The position numbers and the translations under genes are program-made. The notes under the pieces were generated by a model. That model had not been told where the DNA came from, ran no database searches, and was given only the letters and a program-made list of their open reading frames with translations. A DNA stretch of 64,000 nt, from contig CAWKKR010000004.1 of assembly GCA_963850305.1 (NCBI GenBank), forward strand, positions 480,001 through 544,000, given 5' to 3'. Positions within the stretch are counted from its first letter, which is position 1, and every line of letters starts with the position of its first letter. Positions 41,106 to 50,176 of this stretch are shown piece by piece. Source of the stretch: an uncultured delta proteobacterium (GTDB lineage: Bacteria > Myxococcota_A > Polyangia > Polyangiales > Polyangiaceae).

Positions 41106-42091
41106 GGTGCCTCCTCGCGACCAGGGTCATCCGGTCGCTCCACATTTTGCCCGAAGTAGACGGTCACTTTGACCTTGGTCGAGTCATCGACGGGGTGTTT
41201 CTCGTTGTGTTGCATCACGCGCGCCCACACGTCGTTCACGTCCTTGCGAACGCGCTCGAGGAGTCCATAGACCTCGTCCTCGTGGGGGTGACCCGGCGCG
41301 ACCTCGAACGTGAGCGTCGCGCCGCCGACGACATCCTTCGCGTCGGAGCGCGCTCCGCGGCGGAGCTTCGAGATGATGGCGTTTGCGACGGCGCTGAAGT
41401 GGTCGAACACCGCCGCTTCCCATCCCTGTTCCGATCCGACCGGGACGAGGAACGTTTCCGCGGAAAGGCGTCCATTCGTGTTCTCGATCCGGCCGTCGGC
41501 CATTAGCGTCGCGATCGCACCGTCCACGAGCGATCCCGCAAAGGGCAAGCTCTGCACCAGCTCGGCGCGGGTGCGCGGGCGTCGATAGAGGGCGGCCCAG
41601 ACCATCGACGTCGCGGTGTCGTGCCGGGCGTGCTCCGCGATGCGACCGCGGTCGGTTTCCGACGAGACGCCGTAGACGGCCGTCTTTCCCTTCCCCGTGG
41701 AATACGCGAGCCCCTGGCTCACGAGATCCGCGAGCACGGCCGCGATGTCGTGCTCCGGGTCACGCCGGAAGTGCTCGAAGATGCGCTCGCGCGAGGCGCC
41801 GCCCTCCTCGGACAGGAAGTCGAGCACGGCTTCCCACAAGGTCCGCTCGCGGACGGTCGCGCTCTCGGTCAATCGCTGGACCTTCTTCTGATAGCTCCGC
41901 AGCGCGAGCCCGAACATGTCCGCCACGAGCTTGCGCCCGACGCCTTGCGACTCGATCTCGGCGGCGAGATCCAGGAAAACCTGGTCCGCGACGTGCGCGA
42001 GCGGTGCGCGAATACCCGCGGCCGTCGAGAGCTGCGCGATGAGGACGGTCGTCTGCCGGACGATCGCGTCGATGAGGAGCTTCGCATCCAT
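41102..42091 (-). CDS. Conserved hypothetical protein with predicted HTH/winged-helix elements
   Basis: GVGRKLVADMFGLALRSYQKKVQRL (HTH-like) followed by wHTH-like segments (AVLADLVSQGLAY; IATLMADGRI). Confidence 0.7.
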   Translation of the reverse strand: MDAKLLIDAIVRQTTVLIAQLSTAAGIRAPLAHVADQVFLDLAAEIESQGVGRKLVADMFGLALRSYQKKVQRLTESATVRERTLWEAVLDFLSEEGGASRERIFEHFRRDPEHDIAAVLADLVSQGLAYSTGKGKTAVYGVSSETDRGRIAEHARHDTATSMVWAALYRRPRTRAELVQSLPFAGSLVDGAIATLMADGRIENTNGRLSAETFLVPVGSEQGWEAAVFDHFSAVANAIISKLRRGARSDAKDVVGGATLTFEVAPGHPHEDEVYGLLERVRKDVNDVWARVMQHNEKHPVDDSTKVKVTVYFGQNVERPDDPGREEAP

Positions 42092-42183
42092 CGAGTTTCG
42101 ATGTGTACCCGGGTTCGCCGGGACGCGGCAGATGTCCAGAAGTTCACCGGGGATTTGACGACCCCGCCCTGGCCGGGCGTACG

Positions 42184-42780
42184 ATGTCGATCGTGCCGCG
42201 CGGGCCCATCCCGGAATCGGAGCGCCGGCTCGCGGCGGTGGATCTCGTCGCCGATCGCCGTCACTACGACGACATCATCGCGGGCGTGCTACCGAAGGCG
42301 GAGGTGTCGGTCTGGATCGGCACCGCGAACGTGAAGGACATGCACGTCGAAGCTCCCGTCGGCACCGCGGCGCGCGCCCGCGGACGATATCTGTCGATGA
42401 CCGAGCGCTTCGCGGATCTCGTGCGGCGCGGCGTGGAAATCCGTATCCTCCACGGCGCGACGCCCTCACGCCCGTACCGGGAGTCCCTGAGGCGACAGCG
42501 CGTCCTCGTCCCTCCAGCGTTCGAGATGAGGCACTGCCCGCGCGTGCACCTCAAGGTGATCGTCGTGGACGGCGCGTACCTCTACGTGGGCAGCGCGAAC
42601 TTCACCGGCGCGGGACTCGGCGCGAAGGGCGACGGCCGGCGGAACTTCGAGCTCGGGTTCGGCACCGACGACGACGTGCTTCTCGACCAGGCCCAGTCGC
42701 GCTTCGACCGCATCTGGAGCGGTCGAGAATGCGGCGGTTGCCGGCTGCGGAGCGTCTGTCCGAAGCCACTCGACGGATAG
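42184..42780 (+). CDS. Single-HKD phospholipase D-like protein with C-terminal Cys cluster
   Basis: HLKVIVVDGAYLYVGSANFT; RNFELG; tail CGGCRLRSVCP. Confidence 0.85.
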   Translation: MSIVPRGPIPESERRLAAVDLVADRRHYDDIIAGVLPKAEVSVWIGTANVKDMHVEAPVGTAARARGRYLSMTERFADLVRRGVEIRILHGATPSRPYRESLRRQRVLVPPAFEMRHCPRVHLKVIVVDGAYLYVGSANFTGAGLGAKGDGRRNFELGFGTDDDVLLDQAQSRFDRIWSGRECGGCRLRSVCPKPLDG

Positions 42781-42946
42781 CGCCGGGGCGGCAGGTCGGT
42801 GTCGTCGAGGTCTGCGAACGCGCTCGGCTGCGTCGGTCCCTTCGCTGTGCGCGACGCCCCACACGTGTCGGGAAAAAGCCACAGCAGCCCGCTCCAGCGA
42901 CAAGCTCGGCGGTCGGATTGCACGTGGAGACGCCTGTGCCCGCTCG

Positions 42947-42962
42947 TGGTACGTCCCTTGCT
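42947..42962 (+). promoter_or_regulatory. Sigma-54 -24/-12 promoter
   Basis: TGGTACGTCCCTTGCT; conserved C is 14 nt upstream of ATG 42975. Confidence 0.65.
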
Positions 42963-42974
42963 GGAGGCGCGCCC

Positions 42975-43898
42975 ATGTCCTTCGAACGACCCTTCCTCAT
43001 TGCAACACTCTCGCTCGCCGTCGCTTGTAGTTCCGACACCCATCCCTCCGGCACGACCGACGCTGGAGCGGGTGGGCACGCCAGCTCTCTGGATTCAGGT
43101 TCGGGCGGCGCCAGTTCCGGCGGGACCGGCACCGGCGGGACGAGTGCCGGCGGAGCCGCGACGGGCGGCATGGATGCAGGCTCGAGTGGTGCGGACGCTG
43201 GAGTCTGGACTTTTCCCGGATCGCCAGGGCTGCCCGCGAGTCCGCCGTGGGGACCCAACATCCTGGGCCTTCAAAACCATGACGACTCAGGCTCGCCGTC
43301 GGACATCGCGTTCGGCATGTTCTGGGACCCGGCCACCGTCTCGGTTCCCTACGTCGGCGGCGGCTGCATGGCGTTCGGCACCGCGCCCGGCAAACCGGGT
43401 GGCCTCGACGTCGGACCCGTGACGGTCACGGGCGGCGCGGACAGCGGCGTGCAGCTTCTCACGCGAGACCCGCACTTCGGGGATTACTTCCTCGACGGCG
43501 CGTCGAACCCCTGGCGCGTCGGGGACGAACTCTCGGTCACCGAGGGATCGGTTCACGCGGGGCCGCTGGAGGTGCCGACCGCCTTCACGTCCAGCGATCT
43601 CTCGACGCGGACCGGCTTCACGCGCGGAACCGACGCGGCGCTCACGTTCGCCGGGAGCAACGCGACGAAAGTCGCGTTCAGCGTATCGGCCAGCAACGGC
43701 GCACAGACGTTCCTGCTCGCGTGCCAGGGAGACGCCACGGGCGGCCAGCTGACGATCCCGGGCGCCGCCCTCGCCGCGTTTCCGACGGGCGTGACGAGCC
43801 TCGACGCAAAGCTGTCGCCGATCAATCTCGCACAGAGCGGGACGCTTGCCTTCCTCGCCGTGGGTGAGTCGATCGAAGCGTCGCTCGATCTGCAATGA
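42975..43898 (+). CDS. Lipoprotein with Gly-rich linker and beta-rich C-terminal domain
   Basis: MSFERPFLIATLSLAVAC lipobox; GGLDVGPVTV, GQLTIPGAALAAFP. Confidence 0.8.
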   Translation: MSFERPFLIATLSLAVACSSDTHPSGTTDAGAGGHASSLDSGSGGASSGGTGTGGTSAGGAATGGMDAGSSGADAGVWTFPGSPGLPASPPWGPNILGLQNHDDSGSPSDIAFGMFWDPATVSVPYVGGGCMAFGTAPGKPGGLDVGPVTVTGGADSGVQLLTRDPHFGDYFLDGASNPWRVGDELSVTEGSVHAGPLEVPTAFTSSDLSTRTGFTRGTDAALTFAGSNATKVAFSVSASNGAQTFLLACQGDATGGQLTIPGAALAAFPTGVTSLDAKLSPINLAQSGTLAFLAVGESIEASLDLQ

Positions 43899-43925
43899 GC
43901 GAAACGTGGAGCGCGGCGCGGCCGA

Positions 43926-45455
43926 TCAGCCGCGGAGCTCGCGCTTCAATATCTTGCCCGTCGCGGTCTTCGGCAAGGACTCCCGGAACTCCACGGTGCG
44001 CGGGTACTTGTACGCGGCGAGCTTCTGCTTGCAAAACGAGATGATCTCTTCGCTGCTCGCCTTCTGGCCGGGCTTCAAGGAGAGCACGGCCTTCACCTCT
44101 TCCCCGTGACTCGCGTGCGGCACGCCGATGACGGCGGCCTCCAGCACGGCGGGATGCCCGTAGAGGATCTCCTCGATCTCGCGCGGGTACACGTTGAAGC
44201 CGCCTCGAATGATCATGTCCTTCTTGCGGTCGACGATGAAGTAGTACCCGTCCGTGTCGCGATGGGCCACGTCCCCCGTCGAGAACCACCCGGCCTTGAT
44301 GACCTCGGCCGTGGCCTCCGGGCGCTTGTAATATCCCTTCATCACGTTCGGGCCCTTGATGCAGATTTCCCCCGGCACGAGCGTCTCCGTGATCGTGCGG
44401 CCCTTCTCGTCCACGAGCTTGAACTCGACGCTCCGGATGGGCACGCCGACGCTCCCCGGCTTCGTCGGTCGATCGAGCACGTTGAAGCTCGCGACCGGCG
44501 ACGTCTCGCTCAGGCCGTAGCCCTCGAGGATGTTCACGCGATACTTCTCGTTGAACGCGCGCATGACCTCCACGGGCATCGCGGAGCCGCCGGAGCAGCA
44601 AAAGCGGAGCGCCGAGACGTCGTAGTCGGCCGCGCGCGGGTAGTGCAACAGCGCGAAGTACATCGTCGGCACGCCTCCGAAGAACGTCACCTTGTGCTTC
44701 TGGAGCAGCTCGAAGGCCGCCTTCGCGTCGAAGCGCGGGAGGAGCACGAGCGTGCCGCCGACGCGGAGCACGCCATTCTGGAACACGGTCTGACCGAAGC
44801 TGTGAAAGAGCGGCAGCACCGTCAGCGCTACCGTGTCCTGCGGCAGCGGCATCAACCGCGAGGTCGTGTACTCGGCGTTGTAGAAGAGGTTGAAGTGCGA
44901 GAGCTCCGCGCCCTTCGCCTTCCCCGTGGTGCCGGACGTGTACAGAATCACCGCGGTGTCGTCCGGCATCGTGTCAGGAAGCTCCGTCACGGGCTCCCCG
45001 CCCGCGACGAGCGTCGAGAAATCGTGAGCACCGCTCGGAAGACCCACGCCGCTCCCGTCCGCGCGTGCCACGACGAGGTGCCGGCAACCGGGGACGCGGT
45101 CGAACCCGGCGCGCGCCGCGTCCACGAACCCCTCCCAGACCACCAGCGCCGCAGCATCCGAATCCGACAGGTGGTACGCGATCTCGTCCGGCGTGAGCAG
45201 CACGTTGAGCGGGACCACCGGCGCGCCGAGGTAGTGCGCCGCGAAGTACGCGATCGTGAACTGCGGCACGTTCGGCATCATCAGCGCGACATGCTCGCCA
45301 CGCTTCAGGCCCAGCTTCGCGAGCGCCCCCGCGAGGCGCTGCGCCGCCGAGTGCACCGCCGAGTACGACAGCTCCCGATCGCCGATGATGATGGCGGGCT
45401 TGTCGGGGAACGACGACGCGCCGTCGCGAAGGATCGTGGCAAGGTTCAAGGTCAT
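43926..45455 (-). CDS. Long-chain fatty acid--CoA ligase
   Basis: YTSGTTGKAKG, LPLFHSFG, EGYGLSETSP, GWFSTGD, DRKKDMIIRGG, PKTATGKILK. Confidence 0.95.
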   Translation of the reverse strand: MTLNLATILRDGASSFPDKPAIIIGDRELSYSAVHSAAQRLAGALAKLGLKRGEHVALMMPNVPQFTIAYFAAHYLGAPVVPLNVLLTPDEIAYHLSDSDAAALVVWEGFVDAARAGFDRVPGCRHLVVARADGSGVGLPSGAHDFSTLVAGGEPVTELPDTMPDDTAVILYTSGTTGKAKGAELSHFNLFYNAEYTTSRLMPLPQDTVALTVLPLFHSFGQTVFQNGVLRVGGTLVLLPRFDAKAAFELLQKHKVTFFGGVPTMYFALLHYPRAADYDVSALRFCCSGGSAMPVEVMRAFNEKYRVNILEGYGLSETSPVASFNVLDRPTKPGSVGVPIRSVEFKLVDEKGRTITETLVPGEICIKGPNVMKGYYKRPEATAEVIKAGWFSTGDVAHRDTDGYYFIVDRKKDMIIRGGFNVYPREIEEILYGHPAVLEAAVIGVPHASHGEEVKAVLSLKPGQKASSEEIISFCKQKLAAYKYPRTVEFRESLPKTATGKILKRELRG

Positions 45456-45553
45456 CGAAGAAGCCTCTGTTGAGTGAAGCCGAACGCCCGTTTCACGGGC
45501 CCTACTCTCCGGAGCGATGGTGCCACGCATCCTCACTCGCTGTCGACGACGTC

Positions 45554-45810
45554 CCCGAGCTCGTCCAAGCTCGATGCGGCTCGCGGTGAGCCATCCCGAG
45601 CTCGTCCAAGCTCGATCCGGCTCGCGTCGAGCCATCCCGAGCTCAATCGGGCGCTCTGCCGCCCAGGTGAGCCGTCGCTATGCTCAATCGAGCGTCGCAC
45701 GACTCGATTCGAGCCGCGCCGAGCTCAGTCGAGCGACGCATTACCTCGATTCGAGCAATGCCGAGCTCACCGAATCACCGTCTCGCCTCGGTTCGAGCCG
45801 GCGGGGGCAC
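45554..45810. repeat. Non-coding degenerate tandem array, ~41-bp period, 6 units
   Basis: Anchor GCTC starts at 45559, 45600, 45641, 45682, 45723 and 45765; units 1-2 nearly identical, later units diverged. Confidence 0.8.
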
Positions 45811-45920
45811 AGACGAGCTTTTTTTCGCTCGCGACGAGCCGCGCGACGCAGGCGTGAGCCCTTGGACGCGCTCGACGAGCAAACCGAGCGCACGCGCTGC
45901 TCGGCTACAGCAGCGGCGGT

Positions 45921-46619
45921 TCACTGGCAGGGGAGCAGACGGAGCGCGTCCTGGCAACCGCACGTGCCGTTCGACTTGCAACATCCGACGAGAAGAATCT
46001 GGCAGCCCGTGCAGGAGGACGCCTGGCAAGTCGCGGCACCGCCCGTCCCCGTCGCGCCCCCGGAGGAGTTCGCGCCTCCGGACGAGGCGACGGCTCCGCC
46101 AGCTGCCGTCGCGCCGCCGCTGTCCGTTGTTCCGCCTGATCCGTCGATGCCGCCGGTGCCCATCGAGCCACCCGCACTCTTTGCCCCGCCACTCGCGGCT
46201 CCGCCCTCTCCCGTTACTGCGCCGCCTGCTGCTGACTCCCCGGACCCGCCGTTTCCGGTGGCCGTCGCGCCGCCTGCTTCGCTCGCACCGCCCGTGTCGT
46301 TGGTCCGGTCCGACCCTCCGACACCACTCGCTGCCCCACTGCCGGCTCCCCCTGCCGCAACGGTCGTGCCGCCGTTCCCGGCGACGAAGCCACCGCTACC
46401 GGTGCCGGAAATGCCGTTCGCGCCGCCGCTCTCGCCGCCGGTGTCGGAGCCCGTGCCCGTGGCGACATCCGCGCCGCTACCCCCGAGGGCGCCGAACCCA
46501 GCGTCGAAGGAGTCGACCCCGCCCACGGATTGTCCAACCGCACATGACGCCGGACTCGCGAGCACGAAGAGAGCACAAGCTGCCGCGCTGCTCGTGGCTA
46601 TCCCGCGCCGCACGTACAT
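45921..46619 (-). CDS. Gly-rich lipoprotein with small C-terminal Cys-rich domain
   Basis: Hydrophobic stretch plus PASC; long Gly/Ser/Thr/Ala linker; CQASSCTGC...GCCKSNGTCGC...LPCQ. Confidence 0.75.
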   Translation of the reverse strand: MYVRRGIATSSAAACALFVLASPASCAVGQSVGGVDSFDAGFGALGGSGADVATGTGSDTGGESGGANGISGTGSGGFVAGNGGTTVAAGGAGSGAASGVGGSDRTNDTGGASEAGGATATGNGGSGESAAGGAVTGEGGAASGGAKSAGGSMGTGGIDGSGGTTDSGGATAAGGAVASSGGANSSGGATGTGGAATCQASSCTGCQILLVGCCKSNGTCGCQDALRLLPCQ

Positions 46620-46769
46620 CGAGTGTAAAAGTGTATCACACTCTCTCGGTCAGTCTTCACACGACCACTTCACGAAGGGATCCAGGGATTTGGGGCGCGC
46701 TCGCGACTTTTGTCATCTGTGGGTGTTCGGCCCGGGTAAGGTTGGCCTCTCGGAGGAGACTCAGATGCC

Positions 46770-48311
46770 GTGGTGCAGCAAGCGGGAACGACCGTGAACG
46801 ACGCCGCTGGCAACGCGCGCCGGCGCTCCGTCACACGAATCGTTGCCGCCCTTTGCGTCGTGCTCGCGGCATGCAGCGGCGGCAAGAACTCCGCCGCGAA
46901 CCAGGACGCGAGCCTCGCCGGGAACGGCGGCGCCAGCTCGTCCAGTGGCGGGAATTCAGCAGCAGACGGCGGCAACGGCACGGGCGCTATCGGGGGCGCT
47001 TCGGCGAGCGCCGGAGGTCGCGACAGCACGGCAAGCGGGGGCACGGCCGGCGCTTCGGGTTCGGGCGCGACCGGCGGGGCGAGCGCTGGCGGCGGTGACG
47101 GCGGCGTCGCTGCGGACAGTGGAACGTCCGTCGGATCGAAGCGGCCGTTCCCCGACACGACCTCGACGATCGCGATCCTGACGGATCAGTTGCCGAACCT
47201 GACCGCGGCGCAGCAACGGTTCGTCGTGGCGCATTACGTGGGAACCGAGAAGCAGACACTCGCCCAGTCAGAGCCGCTCCGCGCCCTCGCTCCGAACTTT
47301 CTCGTGCTCCACTATCACCTGTCGATGTGGCAGTCCGCGCCGAGCACGGACTTCATCATCGACGGCGTGAGCTGGGGCAACGATTACCCGGAAGTGACGA
47401 CGCACGAGAGCTGGTTCTGGCACAACACCTCGAACCAGAGGGTCGCGAGCACTGCGGACCAGAAGCTGCTCATGAACATCTCCGAACCGGACTTTCAGAG
47501 CTACTGGGCAAGCTCGCTCGAGGCCCAGGTTGCCGCGGGGGACTACGACGGCGTGTTCTTCGATTCAGCGTCGCCCGCGCTACTGCAAGCGGAGGTCGGC
47601 GACCAGGATGCACGGCTCGCCGGGACGGGCGCGAAGGACTCGGTCATCCCCGAGCTCGGCAATCAGAGCTTCATCTCGGCATGGCAAGAGTGGATGAGTG
47701 CGCTCGACACGACGCTCGCCGCCAAGGGGATCCCCCTCATCCCGAACACGAGCGCGTTCGTGACGGGCTGGGACGACACGGACTACAGCCTGACGGCCGG
47801 CGCGTTCGTCGAAGGCTTCGCGAGCACGTCGTTCGTCACGGCCGACTGGAAGGCGTCCACCAACGAGCTCCTGTCGCTCGCCGCGAAGCACAAGATCCTC
47901 ATCTTGCAGAACTACCTCGGGGCCGCGACGGACGTCGCAACGCGGCTCTTTTACCTGGGCAATTACCTGCTCGTGAAGGGGGACAAGACGTACCTCGAGT
48001 ACTTCGCGAACGGTCCGCTCGAGTGGTACCCCGAGTGGTCGCTCGATTTCGGCGCACCGACGACGACCGGCGCCACGGTGGACAATCTCGCAACGGACGG
48101 CGTCTACCGGCGAGATTTCGCGAAGGGCTCGGTCTTCGTCAATCCGACGGACGCCGACGTGGACGTGACGCTCGCCGCAGCGATGCAACTCGTGACGCCC
48201 TCGGGCGGCGGCGCCGTGGACGCGCAAGGTGACGAGCCCGGGACGATCGCGACGGCAAGCGTGACGTCCGTGAACGTCGCCGCCCACGGCGCGGCCATTC
48301 TGCTCGAGTAG
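46770..48311 (+). CDS. Lipoprotein with putative glycoside hydrolase (GHL15-like TIM barrel) domain
   Basis: Lipobox LAAC; Gly-rich linker; HESWFWH, LMNISEPDFQSYW, YDGVFFDS, LIPN, AFVEGF, GVYRRDFAKGSVFVNPT; start may be GTG 46794. Confidence 0.7.
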   Translation: MVQQAGTTVNDAAGNARRRSVTRIVAALCVVLAACSGGKNSAANQDASLAGNGGASSSSGGNSAADGGNGTGAIGGASASAGGRDSTASGGTAGASGSGATGGASAGGGDGGVAADSGTSVGSKRPFPDTTSTIAILTDQLPNLTAAQQRFVVAHYVGTEKQTLAQSEPLRALAPNFLVLHYHLSMWQSAPSTDFIIDGVSWGNDYPEVTTHESWFWHNTSNQRVASTADQKLLMNISEPDFQSYWASSLEAQVAAGDYDGVFFDSASPALLQAEVGDQDARLAGTGAKDSVIPELGNQSFISAWQEWMSALDTTLAAKGIPLIPNTSAFVTGWDDTDYSLTAGAFVEGFASTSFVTADWKASTNELLSLAAKHKILILQNYLGAATDVATRLFYLGNYLLVKGDKTYLEYFANGPLEWYPEWSLDFGAPTTTGATVDNLATDGVYRRDFAKGSVFVNPTDADVDVTLAAAMQLVTPSGGGAVDAQGDEPGTIATASVTSVNVAAHGAAILLE

Positions 48312-48325
48312 GGACGGTACCGCCG

Positions 48326-48958
48326 TCAGTCGATTTCGATGTCGATGCTGTCGCTGTCCTTCGATACGCGAGCCGTCGCGGAGAGCCGCGAAGCCGGCAC
48401 CTTGCAGCTCTGCTCGAGGAGATGTGCGACGCGGGCCGCGCGATCGGCTGCGAGCTCCCAGGGGTCGTGCCGGCCCTTCGCCCCGCCGACCCCGGCCACG
48501 ACGGTGATGTTCAACGGCGCGGCGACCTTGGCCGTCGCGTCGCAGAGCGCGGAAAGGGGTATGACGTCCACGTGGTCGTGGGATGGACGGAGGGCCGCGC
48601 CGGAGAGCGTGATCACGACGCGCTCGCCCCGCCGCGCAACGGTGACGTCCCGCTCCGACGCGAGCGCGCGACACGCCTGCTCGGCCTGCCCGAGCCGGGC
48701 ATCCCGCTTCCCCTTGGCCGCCTCGTCGTCCTCGTGCGCCGCGGAAGCGGCGCCGGCCTTGGCCGTCTCTGCAGCGAGGGCGGCCTGCGCGCTCGCCGCC
48801 GCTTGCTCCGAGGTCGTCACCCGCGCCGCGAGCGAATGGTAATCGGCGAGCAGCTGGGTGTGGGTCCGGTAGAGGGGGACGTAGTACGCCGCCGCGAGGG
48901 TCAGGGCTGCCACCGTGAATATTCGTGCCGCGAAGCGGCCCTTACCGTCGGATTTCAT
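48326..48958 (-). CDS. Degenerate MotB/OmpA-like membrane protein
   Basis: N-terminal TM, coiled coil, VVITLSG, PWELAADRAARVAHLL, VPASRLSA, IDIEI. Confidence 0.55.
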   Translation of the reverse strand: MKSDGKGRFAARIFTVAALTLAAAYYVPLYRTHTQLLADYHSLAARVTTSEQAAASAQAALAAETAKAGAASAAHEDDEAAKGKRDARLGQAEQACRALASERDVTVARRGERVVITLSGAALRPSHDHVDVIPLSALCDATAKVAAPLNITVVAGVGGAKGRHDPWELAADRAARVAHLLEQSCKVPASRLSATARVSKDSDSIDIEID

Positions 48959-49102
48959 CTCGCCTCGAACTCCGGGCACATGGTCATCCCGGACGGACGA
49001 TAACCGACTCCGCCGCCGCCGGGCGGCGGCCTCGTCGAAGAACCGCCTCGCGAGAATTTTCGACCGGGTTTACGCCGTTTCGGACGCTGCTACGGTTCGG
49101 GC

Positions 49103-50149
49103 ATGGACCGGCGAGCGCCACCCGACACCAGCCTCCTCGACATCGCCCGGAGCGCCAACGCGGGGGCTCCCAAGCGACGCCCCTCGACGATGCCGCCACC
49201 CCGGTCCGTGCCGAGTCAACCGCCCGGCGCGCCCGGCCCGAGCGTGGCCTCGAACCCGAGCATGGCCTCGAACCCGAGCGTCGCGCCACCGTCAAGCATG
49301 CCGACCCACGGCGTCGCGCCACCGTCGAGCGCGCCGGCCCACAGCATCGCGCCGACGGCTCCGGGCGTGCCCGCTTACAGCGTCCCGGCAATCGCGCCGA
49401 GCGTCCATGCCCCCGCCTTGGAAGCGACCACGTCGATGGTCGTACCCAGAGCGGCGCACAGTCGCGGCGCGACGGTGGCCCTCGCGATCGCGGCGGGCCT
49501 CGGTGTCCTCGTCACTCTTTACCGAAATGACGTGTTCTTCAATCTCGCCGAGGGCTTGCATCAAGGAGCTAGCTACCAGCACCTCGAGGCGGCGCTCGGC
49601 TCGCCGGGCTTCGGGACGCCGCAATCGCTGGACGCGCTCGTGGAAGCGGTTCCGGCACCCACGGCGGCCATCCCCGCACCGGTCGCCCCCACCGCAGCCG
49701 GCGCGCGGGCGGTGGAACCCGAGCCCGCGACGGCGAAAGCCGTTGCTGACACGGACACGGCGCCCGCGGACACCTCGGATGACGAGAAAGCGAAACCGGC
49801 CGGGGTCACGCGCCACGCGGCGTTCGTCTACAGGCACGCGGCGATGGCGCGCCGAGCGGAGCACGCGGCGCCCAAAGAAACCGCGCCCACGGCCGATGAC
49901 GACGACAGCGCGGCCGCGCCCCCCAAGAAAAACAAACACAGGGCGGCCGACGACGACTCTCCCGCTGCGGACGACAGCACGCCCGCGCCGTCCAAGAAGC
50001 ACCGGCACAAGTCCGCGGACGCGGACGATGCAATCTCCGACGATAGCTCGAGCAAGAAGTCCAAGGCAGACACGGCGCCCACGCTGGATCTGAACGCCGC
50101 CATCCAGCAGTCGGTCATGAAGAAGTCGAAGAAGCCGGACAGTGAGTGA
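49103..50149 (+). CDS. Low-complexity Pro/Ala- and Asp/Lys-rich single-TM protein
   Basis: Central hydrophobic helix VALAIAAGLGVLVTLY; terminal LDLNAAIQQSV. Confidence 0.65.
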   Translation: MDRRAPPDTSLLDIARSANAGAPKRRPSTMPPPRSVPSQPPGAPGPSVASNPSMASNPSVAPPSSMPTHGVAPPSSAPAHSIAPTAPGVPAYSVPAIAPSVHAPALEATTSMVVPRAAHSRGATVALAIAAGLGVLVTLYRNDVFFNLAEGLHQGASYQHLEAALGSPGFGTPQSLDALVEAVPAPTAAIPAPVAPTAAGARAVEPEPATAKAVADTDTAPADTSDDEKAKPAGVTRHAAFVYRHAAMARRAEHAAPKETAPTADDDDSAAAPPKKNKHRAADDDSPAADDSTPAPSKKHRHKSADADDAISDDSSSKKSKADTAPTLDLNAAIQQSVMKKSKKPDSE

Positions 50150-50176
50150 AGGGGCGTCCGGGCGGGCGCGCTCGAC

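Noticed and set aside
45554..45810. CRISPR array interpretation of the 41-bp repeats
   Set aside because: No invariant repeat with unique spacers, the period is too short, the variable parts resemble each other, and there are no cas genes in the window
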